Source of the DNA: Mobula hypostoma | Taxonomy: Eukaryota | NCBI RefSeq assembly: GCF_963921235.1 | Contig: NC_086097.1 | Coordinates: forward strand, 133,364,001-133,428,000 | Length of the DNA: 64,000 nucleotides | Reading direction: 5' to 3' | In this document: in pieces, positions 12,471 through 25,229 of the stretch | Layout of the letters: each line of letters opens with the position of its first letter | Position numbering within the stretch: position 1 is the first letter of the stretch | Made by a program: the position numbers and the translations under genes | Notes under the pieces: model-generated | Seen by the model: the letters and a program-made list of their open reading frames with translations, nothing else | Database searches by the model: none | Told to the model about the DNA's origin: nothing

Positions 12471-13155
12471 TAACATGACTCATTGTGCAGTTCGCACTAC
12501 ATTTAAAGAAATAATCATAAATATACACCTTTTAACATTTGGCTTAATGCACAATTTGGTTTCTACTTTTGTTGCTTTCACCTTTTCCATTTTATTCTAA
12601 ACATCATATTCACTTGCCGCACATAACCAAGGCTTTTTAATGACAAAAGGATTTGCGCATTATTCTCCGCATTATAAAATCATATCAGAGTAGGAAGTCC
12701 TTTCGATCTGTATTGGTGCCAGTTCCTTGGCAGACCCTGATTTTCCCCTGATTACCATATACTGCTCTTCAAGCATTTACCCTAATCACCTTTTGAAAAT
12801 TATTATTTAATCTTCCACCACACTACCCTTCTCTCAAAGGGTGCCCCAACGGGTCACCCCATTGTCTAGTACATTCTAAAGATGTAGGGATTAGTAGGTT
12901 AATTGGGCATACAGGTGTAATTGGGTGGGCTGGACTCATTGTATTGGAATGGCCTGCTACTGTGCTGTACCTCTAAATAAATAAATTACAGCACAAGAGG
13001 TCTCTTCACGTTGTCTTTGGTTGTTTATTCAATGGCTCAATTTGTTATCAACCAGTGCAGTTTTCTCTTTACTCTAGGAAATCCTGTATGAATATCAAGT
13101 CATCCCTGACATACCAAAGGACTTAAGGGACAGATCTCTTGGATCTTAAACTTAC

Positions 13156-13375
13156 CAGGATACAGCATCATTTTTTTCACTACATCCACATTCTCCTTGC
13201 CAGACAACTTTTCCAAGCGCTGTTGGTGTGACTGTGGAGCAGGAGACTGAGTCTGAAGTGGTGCACTCTGCGCATCCTGGGATTGACTTCGGGATAACAA
13301 AGCCCTTGGTTGACCAGCCTCTGACTGATGGGCTTGAATGGGAATGGTAGTTAGCCCACTGTTTTCTAAGGCTTG
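13156..13375 (-). CDS. ZNF236: ZNF236 coding exon (inferred exon 9), linker region
   Basis: attacag|CAA GCC TTA GAA AAC AGT GGG ... TAT CCT G|gtaag, 220 nt. QALENSGL...KKMMLYPG. Confidence 0.9.
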
Positions 13376-13808
13376 CTGTAATTGAATTTAAAGTTTTTTT
13401 TTAAATAACATTTCAAGGTTGGCAAAGACTAAAACCATCTCATTCAATTACATAAAAGTGAAAAAAACGTTCAGTTCAAAATATAAGACGACAATAACTG
13501 AAAATAATGCAGCCAAAATTTTGTAAATTGCAGCTCATTAAGAATTTCGAAGAGAATTGTTAGCTGTAACAAAGAGGGCACATAAAAAAATATGAACCAC
13601 TACATTCAAACATTTATTTTTAAATTGGGTAACTACTCTGTTATTAGCTTCCATACAAAATATTCTAGGAAACCAACATACCATTTTATGCTAGCGATTC
13701 ATTTGCATGCCTTTGTCATTGTTACTTGCCTGTGAGATCAAAGGTTTTGGTAGCTGCTATGGCATTGCAAAATTATTTCTACAGTTGAAATGGAGATGGA
13801 GAACTCAC

Positions 13809-13988
13809 TTGCAAGATGTCCTGATTAATACTGCCCTCTAAGGTGATCTGCTGCACTGGCTGCTGAGATGGAGGTCCATCTCCAGTCACCTGCTCCGACA
13901 GCTCCAGGAGCTGCTGAATAACATCAGTCACCGCTTGTGCTCCTTGTTGACCCCCGACTGACGTTACTGGCGATGTTCCAACTGCCTG
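13809..13988 (-). CDS. ZNF236: ZNF236 coding exon (inferred exon 8), linker region
   Basis: ttatag|CAG GCA GTT ... ATC TTG CAA|gtgag, 180 nt. Contains AVTDVIQQLLELSE...INQDILQ, as recalled for ZNF236. Confidence 0.9.
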
Positions 13989-14572
13989 CTATAAGTGAAT
14001 GAAATCCAGTCAGTAATTCACACTGATTAACAAAATTAGGTGTTTTTACAAAAAAAAAAGTGGTCTGGTCTTAGCTGCAGTGCTGTGTTCAATTCCATAA
14101 GTAGAAAAAATGGAATGGTATTAGAAAGAATCCTAATACCTGGGATGAGGGACTACATGTACAAAGATAGACGAGTGTGCTTGGGACTGTTTCCTTGATA
14201 GGTGGTAATTTGTGTAAGCTGAGTCCACATTCAGGATTAACAGCCAATTTTTTCTTAAAAATAACTCAGAAGCATTTTAGCACAAAGCCTCTGGCGAATA
14301 TTACCCTGGAAGGGTCACAAGTGTAAAGTGAAACAGCATGGAAACAGAAACTCCTGCTTACTATTCCCATGCTAACCAATGAGTACCTGTTTATACAGGT
14401 ACTATTCTTCAGCCTTCTGTGCTTATCCAAATACTTAAATGCTGTCAGAGTACCTGCCTGCACCATCTCATTCTCTTCACATCCCCTCAAAAATCTATTA
14501 CCTCTTGTCTTAACTCCATGACCTGTGCTTATAGGCATTTCTGCTACAAGCATTTTTCCACTATCTGAACTA

Positions 14573-15123
14573 CACTCAGTAGCCAATTTATTACCTCCTG
14601 TACCTAATAAAGTGGTCACTAAGTGTATGTTTGTGTCTCCTGCTACTGTAGCCCATCCACTCCAAGGTTCGACATGTACATTCAGAGATGCTCTTCTGCA
14701 CACCACTGTTGTAATGTGTGGTTATTTAACATACTGCCGCCTTCCTGTCAGCTTGAACCAGTCTGGCCATCCTCCTTTGACTCCCCTCATTAGCAGGCGT
14801 TTTCACCTACAAAACTGCTGCTCAGAGAGTTTTTTGTTTTTTTTGCATGCACCATTCTCTATAAACTCTAGAGGCTGGTGGGCATGAAATTCCTCAGCAA
14901 TTTCTGAGATACTCAAACTACCCCATCTGGCACCAACAATCATTCAAAATCACTTAGATCACATTTCATTTCCATTCCAATGTTTGGTCTGAACAACAAC
15001 TGAACCCCTTGAATGTCTGCATGCTATTATACTGCCACATAATTGGTTGCTGCCACATGATTGTTGATTAGATATTTGTATTAACGAGGTGTATAGGTGT
15101 ACCTAATAAAGTAGCCACTGATT
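14573..15123. mobile_element. Non-autonomous TA-flanked DNA transposon derivative
   Basis: Terminal CACTCAGTAGCCAATTTATTA and inverted TAATAAAGTAGCCACTGA motifs. A related fragment lies at ~18975-19065. Confidence 0.5.
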
Positions 15124-16649
15124 GCTTGTTCCTCGTAAGTTTTTTTTTAAAGCAGTCCGCACAGCCTTACTGAACCAAGGAAGACAAAGCTAACCTAACT
15201 TGTTTCCATTCATTGCTCATTTCAGGCAACATCTCCAAGTACCTTCTCTGAAGTCTCCCAAACAATCACATCCTTCCTGTAACATGGAGATCAAAAGTGC
15301 ACAAAGCGCCCCAGCTGTGGTCTATCTAAAGTATAAACTAAAAGAAATGAAGTTAATTGTGCCATGAGGAAAATCTATTTTTGTACAACATATGGCTAGA
15401 ATTTGGAATTAGAATATTAGAAAATTTTTGATAAGGACAGGCCATCAACCCAACAAAGCTTGCTATATTCCTGTTCACATAGTGTGTTAAAATAAATAGA
15501 GTTTAAATTGAGAAGTCTCTAAGGTACTACTCTCAACTACACAGCTAGGTAGTTTGTTCCATATGTCCATGTTATTTGCTGTGTAAAGTAATGCTTCCTG
15601 ATGTTCGTCTGAAACCTCCTTTTAATAAGTCTCCATCTATGGTCCCATGTCCTTGGTGATGGATTAACTTTGAAGTAGCAGCTGGCATCCACCTTATTTA
15701 TACCCCTTAATGATTTTAAACACTTCTATAATGTCTCCTCTCATTCTACGTCCCATCATCATCATCATCAGGTGCCGTGCCCAGTTTGAGCTTTGACTGC
15801 CATGGCCCACACACTCCTGTTTCGGGTCAAGTGGATCAATTCATTGGTATTCATTTCCAGTTCTCTGGTTGCTGTCTCCATCATCATATCTTTGTCTTCC
15901 TCTTGCTTTCTTCCCTTCAATCTTTCCCATAATTATTGCGCATTCTAACTCCTCTTTCCTAATCACATGTCCAATGAAGTTACGTTGCCTTTTCATGATC
16001 TTAAACCTTATTTCTCTTTTTGTGTTTGCTCTGTTCATGACATCCTCGTTAGATATTTGTCTCGTCCATGATTTTCTTTGCATCCTCCTCAAAAACCACA
16101 TCTCTGCTGCTTCATTTCGTTTCCTCATGTTACTAGATATTGTCCAACATTCTGAGCCACATAACATAACTCGATAAATGTAACATTTCAGTACTCTGAG
16201 GTGGGTTGTCATGCCTAGTGTAGTATTGATCAGTATACTCTTCATTCTCGTAAAGGTGTCTTTTGCCATCCCTATTCTTCTTTTGATGTCCATGTCACAC
16301 CTGCCATCTGATGTCACCCAGCTTCCTAAGTAGCAAAAGTTCTGTACTTGTTTTATGTCTTCTCCATTTATTCTCAGCCTGCAGATAGGATTCTCCTTCT
16401 TTTTGGATATCACCATACATTGAATTTTTGCAATTGATAGATAGACACATTTTTACGCTTTATTCAACAACTATATCAATTAAGTTTTGTCGTTCTTCCT
16501 CTTGTGGACCTGGAAAAGTCCAGGTGATAACACTAGAAATCAAATTGACTTTATACTATAAACCAAAGATTTAGAAACTCAGTGACTCAATGCAAAACAT
16601 ATCCAGGTGCAGACTGTAATAGTGACTAAAACCCGGTAGTATGTCATGT

Positions 16650-17225
16650 ATATGGGGTATATGGGGTGTCAGGGAGGGGTAGCACCTCTGGTGGGGGAAC
16701 ATGTCACGTCCTTTTCAGGGCGGTTTGTCCACCTTTGGTCCCCACCTGGCACTCAGCTCTCACCTGTGGCTCCCCGTAGCTGTTTGCATGCGACAGCAGC
16801 CACACCCCGGGCAACGGCTTCGACAAACCGGCGAAACCAGGTGAGGGTAGCCCACGGGTCTCAAACCCTCGGTGAGATAGGGAGTTGTCTATCCCAGCAT
16901 GTGAAGACAGTCTCCGGCGGATTGAGTGGGCAAGACCAATGGAAGGTCCAACGGTCAAGAAGGCGGTCTCTGCAAGCGTCATGGAACTTGTAGAGCAGGA
17001 CAAGACACAGAGGATGTCCTGGTTATCCACTGCACCTAGTCCCATCTCCAGCCGTCTAGACTCTGTCTTGCCACTGGACCCAGATGGAAATTGGGAAGAG
17101 AGAGTGAGGCTGATGCTGCGCATCTCTCCCTCACTTAAATCCAAATCACGCACTAGTCTCGACACCATCATAATGGTGTCAAGGTCCTCATCGACGTCAA
17201 CGATGGACGAACAACTGAACTGAAC
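16650..17225 (+). mobile_element. Short non-coding retroelement (SINE/SIDE-like) inserted in the RTE
   Basis: 8-bp TSD TGTCATGT (16642-16649, 17226-17233) and (AACTG)n tail. The host RTE frame PVVCHV|KVKLKK rejoins across it. Confidence 0.85.
16654..16847 (+). ncRNA. HDV-like self-cleaving ribozyme (predicted)
   Basis: P1 GGGGTAT/ACACCCC; P2 CTCTCACCTG/CAGGTGAGGG; P3 GGC/GCC; L3 TCCCCGTA plus hairpin; P1.1 CC/GG; GCAA-P4(CGGCTT/AAACCG)-GCGAA with the catalytic-C equivalent at 16832. Confidence 0.75.
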
Positions 17226-20200
17226 TGTCATGTGAAAGTAAAACTTAAAAAACTAAAGAAGCAAAAACCTGAACAATCCCTTGACTACTTGAAATTAATT
17301 AAAGAAGAAAACTTAAGACAAAAATTTACAATTGAAGTAAGGAATAGATTTCAAAGTCTAGAAATAGAATCTGCTGAAGATGATAGCAATCATGTAGAAA
17401 TGAAATTTAACTCTCAAAAGGATGCCTTGGTAGAATCAGCAAAGTCAGTGATTCCTAAAAAAGGAAAAAAGCACAATGAAAAAATGGATGACAGATGAAA
17501 TCAAAAATCTACTGGAAGAAAGGAGACAGAAGAAAGCAAATCCTAGAGAATATAAGTCCTTACATCCTTAGATAAAAAAGTTAAAAGCTTATGTCAAAAA
17601 GCCAAAGAAGAATGGTTAAACCAGGAATGTGAGTAAATAGAAAGAATCTTTTTTTCTGATCCAAAAAAGTTACATCAACAAATCAAGAATATCACTGGTA
17701 AGAAGCTCCTCTGTTCTTTGAAAGCAAGGGACGGTACCATTACCATGGAAAAAAATGAGATTATGAACAGATGGACAGATTATATTCAGGAATTGTATGA
17801 AGACGATCGAGGCGAAAAACCAGAAATTAAGAAATACTTTGAAGATCCAAGTATTTTAAAATCTGAAGTTCGTAATGCAATAGATAAGATGAAGAAAGGA
17901 AAGGCAACAGGTCCTGATGAATTAGTAATAGAACAAGTTATCACCCTTAAAGATTATGGAATTGAAAAGCTTACTGATTTAATCAATGACATTTATGAGA
18001 ATGGAATAATACCAGAAGAGATGAAAAAAAAATCAGTATTTTTCACTCTTCCTAAGAAACCTGGAGCAAAAGAATATGAATTACATAGGACCATAAGTTT
18101 AATAAGGCATATCACCGAGATACTTCTAAAAATTTTGATGACGAGAGCTAGAAGTAAGATACAAGCTGAAATAGGTAAAGAACAATGTGGTTTTGAGAAA
18201 GACAAAGGTACAAGAAACGCAATATTGATGTTAAGGATACTATCAGAACGAGCTATTCAAGTGCAAAAAGATTTGTTTGTTTGTTTTATTGACTACACAA
18301 AAGCATTTGATAAAGTGAAGCACTATAAGTTATTTGAAATATTACAGAAAACTCTAGATCTAGATTTGATAGACCTCCGTCTAATCAGAAATCTGTACTG
18401 GGAACAAACTGCCACTATTAGAATAGATGGAGAAGTGAGTCAGTTTACGAAAATCAAGAAAGGTGTTAGACAAGGCTGTGTTTTTTTCCGATTTATTTAA
18501 TAGGTACAGTGAAACAATTCTACATCTATTTAGGCTAAAAAGATCTAATTCTTTCAATCTTTCTTCATAGCTCATGTCCTGCAGACCTGGAATGAGTCTA
18601 ATCACCCTTCTCTGAACTCTCTCCAATGCCTTCACATCCCTCATAAAATATGGAGATCAAAATTGTACACAGTACTCGAGGTGTGGCCTCACAAGCGCAT
18701 TATACAGCTTAAGGGGAACGTCTGTAGACTTGAACTCCACTGAGTGCATTATATAGACCAACTTTCTATTAGCCTTCCTAATTGCTTCTGTGTAGTGAGT
18801 CTACCATGACACCCAAATCATTATCATACAGTGCACTTTCTAACTCAAGACCCCCATTGTATATTTACATCTAATATTTCTACATCCTATATGTAATATT
18901 TTACATTTACTTACATTAAATTTCATCTGCCATTTATCTGCCCACAACTACATAGATTTTGCTGCCTGAATGGTGTCTTATGCACACCACTGTTGTAATG
19001 CATGGTTATTTAAGATACCGCCACTTTCTTGTCAGCTTGAACCAGACTGGCCATTCTCCTTTGACTCCCTATCCCTCAAATTTTGTGTCATCTGCAAACC
19101 TCATTTGATTATTTATTATATGCTTATCCAAATCATTAACGTAAATTAAAAACAGTAGCGGCACTAAAACTGATTTCTGCAGAAACCCACTTTTAACATC
19201 TTCTGGGTGTGAAAATGATCCTCTCACCATAACTCATTGTTTTCTGTTTTTGAGCCAATTCCGCACCCATTTGCACATCTTACTCTGAATCCCTACCTCT
19301 TGTAATTGGATGATTAAGCTCTTGTGGGGTACCTTGTCAAAAGTCTTCTGGAATTCCAAGTAAATGATATCAACCACTCTATTGTTATCATAAATTTTAG
19401 TTGCCTTTTCACAAAACTCCAGCATATTAGTAAAACACGATTTCCCCTTTCTGAATCCATGCTGGCTTTCTGCTAACAAGCCTGTTCTTATCAGCTGTTT
19501 TTCCCCCATCTCATTCGTTGTTAATGCTTCCATTCTCTTACCTCCATTACACGTTAAGCTTACTGGTCTGTGGTTGCCAGAGTCAGAGTGGACACCCTTC
19601 TTATGTACCAGGACATTAGTCTATTTCCAGTCCTTAAGAATTTCACCAGTTTTCACTGACTTTTGAAAAATACGTGTTAGGGCTTTGTATATACAATGAC
19701 AAACCTCTAAGTACCCTAGGATATATGTTGTCTGGCTCTTGGGATTTATTAGCTGAAGCAGGACTTCACTTTCTATGATCTCACTTAAGTCACTTAAAAC
19801 AACCTTATTTTTCTCTACACTTACTGGCATTGTGCATAGGCTTGAAGGCACTTTGCTCTTCAAGACCAAAATAGATGAGCTATAGATGCGAATAAGTAGA
19901 TGAGGGAAAAAATGCAGGAGTGTATAAGCTAATGCACCAATTTGCATTGTATGGCACTTTCAGCAGCAGAACTTGCCAGTGAGACTTGATCTGCAAATTT
20001 AGGATTTCAATGTGTGTAGGAATTCCAAAACTTAGATATTTATGTCATAAAATGCTAGCAATTGAAACACCAAATTATCTATGCAAAACTACTGGAAAAC
20101 CCAGTGCCTCAATGCCAATTCCACGTTCCTAAAGGAGCCAATGCTATAGTATGGTTTAGAGAACAATGCCATAAGATTCCTTGCTAAGGTTATTACTGCC

Positions 20201-20984
20201 ACAGATAAGAGAAAGCGATGCTTAAAGATATAACTTGGCAATGATTGAGAGTATTACACAGAGCACCTGGTGGTGGAATTTGACTTGGTTGCTATTCATC
20301 AATGACCACAGGAAGATATATTGCATAAGATGTGCCTATATTTATACACCTGCAATGTGAAAAATGTGGACATATTATAAATATCATTACCCTCAATCTC
20401 AATACATTTAAGTTATATGTAACAGTTTTGTCTCATTGATGAATTGCAGTTGCCTGCAGTTTGCATGCATGCACAAATACCAGAACTAAATGTCCTGACA
20501 TAATCTTCTTTCAATATAACTGAAGAACATTTGTCAAATTATCAGAAGCTGACTGCACAATGGAGACTAATTCATAATGCAGACCAGCCTACATTACTGT
20601 CTACACATTTGTATAGGTGAACACAGAATGATTGGGCAATTATTCTATTTAATGGAAATCATGTCAGAGACAGACACAATTCTAGATAATGGAAATGTAG
20701 CAGATAAAGTAGGTTTTTCATGTAGGATGTTAAATCAAACAAGATTACAAACAACTACTTGGTCAGATGTCTCGAGGGGTCAGAAAGCTTTGTGTAAATT
20801 TTATAGTGACAGAACAGCAGCAGGCCATTCCGTCCACTGGGTCTATGTTGGATCCCAGGGGAGCTATCCCATTTGTCCTTTCCCCACCTCTCCTTATTTC
20901 TCTGTATCACTACAACTTCATCTCTTTCACACATGCCAATCAACTCCCCATGATTCTTTCTTTTATTAATCTGCACTGAGGTTA

Positions 20985-21150
20985 CAGTTAGTAATTAGCC
21001 TACCAAATGTTTTTGTGCTGTGGAAGGAAAACTGAGCAACAGAAGTAGCCCCACTGCCATCATGGAGCAAACGTGCAGGTTCTGTACCCAAGATGAGGAT
21101 TAAACAAAGATCCTTGGAGCTGTGAGGTAGCAACACTAACTACTACCCTT
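20985..21150 (-). mobile_element. Decayed tRNA-derived V-domain SINE
   Basis: Reverse-complement similarity to 63555-63740 and similarity to 53740-53930. Confidence 0.45.
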
Positions 21151-21543
21151 TGGGTTTTTATAGATGTGAATTCAAGTAGTTTTCAGTCCTAGAAGTTGCT
21201 TTCTTTTCATTAATTTTACTGATTTGGGCAAGGGCGCAAAAGAAATTATGTTGAAATTGAATCAATGTACCAAATTACTTGGTCATACTATGAGAGATAG
21301 GGGGTGGTATGGTGATGCAAGAGGGTGAACAGAGATGGTAGACAATTAGTGGAGAGAAGTAATTTGTTACACAAATTGCCCATAATATATGAAAAATCAC
21401 ACTGATCCACTGCAATGGTTTGGACAGTTATCCATGGCAGTGTAGATATTTATACAAGTGGAATGTGCACATCTGGCCTAACTTGAGAAATATCCTTCTT
21501 ATAAGGGCAATTAATGAATGCAAGATAAAACAAATGTAATTAC

Positions 21544-21693
21544 CGGTACATTGTGCGCAGTGTCACTTATTACTCGTGAGGATTCCGATCCATCTGAGTG
21601 CATTCTGTTGATGTGTGCATTAAGGCTGCCTAGTTTTCGAAACACACAGCTACATTCCTCACACTGATAAGCTGGCTGGTCCCCATCCTTCAC
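21544..21693 (-). CDS. ZNF236: ZNF236 coding exon (inferred exon 7), one C2H2 finger
   Basis: cacacag|GTG AAG GAT ... GTA CCG|gtaatt, 150 nt. YQCEECSCVFRKLGSLNAHINRMH. An alternative in-frame donor would end the exon at 21574. Confidence 0.85.
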
Positions 21694-22669
21694 CTGTGTG
21701 TGAATAAAGAAAGCAGTTTCAGCAAAAAAATTAAAAAGCTGACATTTAAACAAATAATTTTTTCCTAATGACAACTGAACATGAGGTACTACACTGGAAC
21801 AACCCTCTTCTTTCTAGAAGAATAAAAGAAAAGAGGGAAGATGCTGCACAGGAGCATTCTGCTCATTAAAGGCAACAATGGAGTTCTATTAAAACTCCTA
21901 CATGAGCACTTACTTGATAATGCTGTTTGAAACCCTAGACTGATTGGCTGGCTTTACACAGAACTCCCCGCTAGCTTCAATGCATGTTAAAGATCCTTCT
22001 TTCCTGCGTTCGAGACGTAATTCTACACATTAGCAAATAGGGGTGACGGGGAAAGATACAACTCAGTCCGGCCCTTCCACCTAATGCCAGCTAGAGCTTG
22101 TGCATCTGGCGTGCCTTCTTTCATTCTCAAGCTGAATTAGTTTGAGGATAGCACTTGTCCTGTCATCATCTGATACAAACAATGATCCAGATTTCTGCAG
22201 CTACCCCACAGTTGTTTTCCCCACCAGGATTTATGGGATCATCCAGGGGTTAGAGGGAGTGGTTTCACTGAACTGGGGCTTTTTCCCACAGTGAGAGAGT
22301 GACCCACCAACAGAAGACTGGCAGGTAGCTAAGCTATGAACCAGTCTGAAACCAGGCAAACACTTCAAAATGAGGGATTTGGGGGGCGGGTTCAGTGGTG
22401 ACAAACCCAACTGATGGCACCTTATGAGCTCATGAAAAATACAAGCTGCATTCTAATAAGCTATCTGCCGCTTTTGAACCCCTTCACTGCCTTTGCCTGC
22501 AATCAAAAGCTTCTCAGTGCTTCCTTACACATTATAACTCTAAATCTTTTATTCAGATTGTTGACTTTGGGCTGTGGGCTAAATACCTGAAACTTGGGAT
22601 GGTAAGCAAGTGTTACACTGTCCCAAACCAAAATCCAATTAGGGCCAATAGTAATTGATTCAGCGAGTC

Positions 22670-23295
22670 AGGGTGAGAAATTTCAAGTTCCTGGTGTCAA
22701 CGTCTTTGAAGGTCTATCCGGGGCCCAACATATTGAAACAATTACAAAGAAGATATGACAGAAGCTATAATTCATGAGGAGTTTGAGGAAACTTGTTATG
22801 TTACCAAAGACTCTCACAAATTACTACAGATATACCATGGAGAGCATTCGAACTGGTTGCATCACAGTCTAATATGGAGGGACCACTATAAAGGATTGGG
22901 GAAAAAACTGCACAAAGTTGTAAACCCAGCCAGCTCCATCATGGGCACTAGCCTTCTCAGTATCGAGGACAAAAAGGCGGCATCGATTATTAAGGACCCC
23001 TATCATTCAGGACTTGCCTTCTTCCCATTGCTATCATTAAGATGCTGGTGCAGGAGTCCGAGGACACTCAATTTTTCATGAACAGCTTCTTCTCCTCACC
23101 CATCAGACTTCTGAATTAACAATGAACCCATGTACATTAGCTATATTTTTGCTCTCTTTATACATTACCTATTTAATCTTTATATATAATTCTTATAGCA
23201 ATCTATAGTTTTAATAATGTACTATACTGTACCGCTGCTGCAAAACAACAAATTTAACAACATGTGCCAGTGATATTAAATCTGATTCTGATTCA
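22670..23295 (+). mobile_element. Rex/Babar-type LINE 3' fragment
   Basis: FKFL..., KAASIIKDPYHSG, SFF motifs; ATTAAA(TCTGAT)n tail. Confidence 0.7.
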
Positions 23296-23350
23296 TAGAG
23301 TTGTACAGCTCAGAAACAGGCCCTTCAGCCCACCACATCCATACTGACCT

Positions 23351-24027
23351 TTTAGATTAGATTAGATTATGAGGACACTCAGTGCTCCTTTATTGTCAGT
23401 TAGAAATGCATGCATTAAAAAAATGATACAATGTTCCTCCAGTATGATATCACAAGAAACACAGGACAGACCAAGACTAAAACTGACAAAAAACACATAA
23501 TTGTAACATATAGCTACAACAGTGCAAAGCAATACCGTAATTTGATAAAGAGCAGACCATGGGCACGGTAAAAACAAAGTCTCAAAGTTCTGATAGCCCT
23601 CATCTCAAGCAGACAGTAGAAGGGAGAAACTCTCCCTGCCATAAATCTCCAGCGCCGCAAACTTGTCGATGCAGCACCGTTGGAAGCACCCGATCACAGC
23701 CAACTCTGAGTCCATCCGAAAACTTCGAGCCTCCGAGCAGCCCTCCAACACCGAGCACCATCTCTGCCGAGCACTTCGACCCCACCCCAGCTGCCAAGCA
23801 ACAAGCAAAGCCGAGGACTCAGGGCCTTCCCCTCCGGAGATTCTGGATCACACAGCAGCAGCGGCAGCTAAGCAGGCATTTCAGAAGTTTCACCAGATGT
23901 TCCTCCGTGCTCTCACGTCTGTCTCCCATCAAATCAGGATTGTGCACGGCACCCTACTTGACAGATAACAGATATTCATCACCGGAATGGCTGCTGCGCG
24001 CTGCGTCGCACCGCCATCTTCTCTTCT
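23351..24027 (-). mobile_element. Non-autonomous retroelement with (TAATC)n tail
   Basis: Minus strand starts AAGATGGCGGTGCG (CpG-rich) and ends AATAAAGG...(ATCTA)n. It interrupts a CR1 3' end at CCTTTT. Confidence 0.55.
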
Positions 24028-25229
24028 CCTTTTGCACATGTATACTTATTTCATTTGCCTATATTACGGTCATATCCTCCGAGGCCTTGCCAATTCAAAT
24101 CAATAACTGTACTAACATCTTCTGGATAGATCATGAAACCATATACTTCACTTCTTTTATGTCTTTTACATTCGTTGTTCATCTTAGATATGAACCTGGA
24201 GCTGTTGGGAGTCTGATTTGCTGGTTGGAGTTCATTTGGGTGTTTCAGCGCTTTGCAGTATCCAAGAGGATTCCAGGCAGCAGAGGCAGCATATGCGAAC
24301 TTCAAAGCGGCCAGGCCACGGGACTGCTGTGGGGTGCAAGCCAATTATCAACTCCATTTCACCAGGTAAAGCTTCCATTGTTGATTGACTAAAAATACGA
24401 GAGAGAATGAAACATCGAGGCGAATGCGGGAGTTTAGATATTGTTTGGGTGCTTCAGCACTCAGCAGTCTCCAAGGGGATTCTGCACAAACCTTGGGGGG
24501 GGGGGGGAGAACAGACTGTGGGACAGGGTGCAAGCCAATGCTTGACTCCACTTTGACGATGGAAGTTTCCATTGTTCGCCAATTAAAGCAGCGAGGGAGA
24601 TTGAAACACTGAGGCGAATGCAGAAGGTCAGCACCGGCTGCCTGCTTCTTAATCACTGAGGATCGCTCTGCTATGCTACTGGACAGGTGTAAGCCTGCCA
24701 CTGTCCCAGAGAATGCTGTCCGGGTTTTCCATGTTTTGGATGTAGACTTGGACTATAGACTTCTTTTTCAGTATTACAGTTTTTTGTATACTATGTTTAT
24801 CACCTAATCTTTCTCTCTTTTTTTGTGCTGTGAGGGGAGGGGTGGCGATTTGAGGGTCAATGTCCACACTCTGTTTTGTTCATTTTTTGTGCAGGAGGAA
24901 GGATTTAGAGGTTAATGTGCCTGTTCCATTTTTGTTTCTTTTGTGAGGTGGGGAATTCGGGGGTTGATGCTTGTGCTGCCTTTATTTTTTTTTCTTGGTT
25001 TCATGGCTTCCCAGAGAAGTAGAATTTCAGAGTTTGTATACTTTGATAATAAAATAATCTTTGAACCTGATCCTACCAGTTCTTATGCAGTTCATTTGAG
25101 ATATCAACTCTTTTCAAAAACAATTTTCCCCTCAGATTCCATGATATTGTTATTTTTCTGAGTAACTGTTTATACTAGTTTATTTCTATTGTTATATTTC
25201 ACAAAGTGTCAAAATGGTGGTTGTGATGC

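Larger units (their letters stand above)
15753..18516 (-). mobile_element. RTE-clade LINE with 5' inversion
   Basis: 3' part on minus 15753-16503 (FCYLGSW, AAEMWFLRRM, GKIEGKKARGRQR, (ATG)n tail). EN/RT part on plus 16504-18516 (YPGADCNSD, GPDE, CFIDYTKAFDKVKH, GVRQGC). Flanked by ATTCTACGTC / ATTCTACATC. Confidence 0.88.
15410..19810 (-). mobile_element. CR1-type LINE remnant hosting the RTE insertion
   Basis: Minus-strand RT remnants (ALERVQRRVIRLIPGL, SQHGFRKGKSCFTNMLEF, FQKTFDKVPH). Sequence rejoins across 15752/18527. Confidence 0.75.

Noticed and set aside
16704..17231. 175-aa (-) and 112/115-aa (+) ORFs in the ribozyme-headed element
   Set aside because: Overlapping ORFs on both strands with no recognisable RT/EN motifs; consistent with chance in a GC-richer insert.
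23559..24392. 277-aa plus-strand ORF
   Set aside because: Runs antisense through a GC-rich non-autonomous repeat and across its boundary; no domain motifs or splice context.
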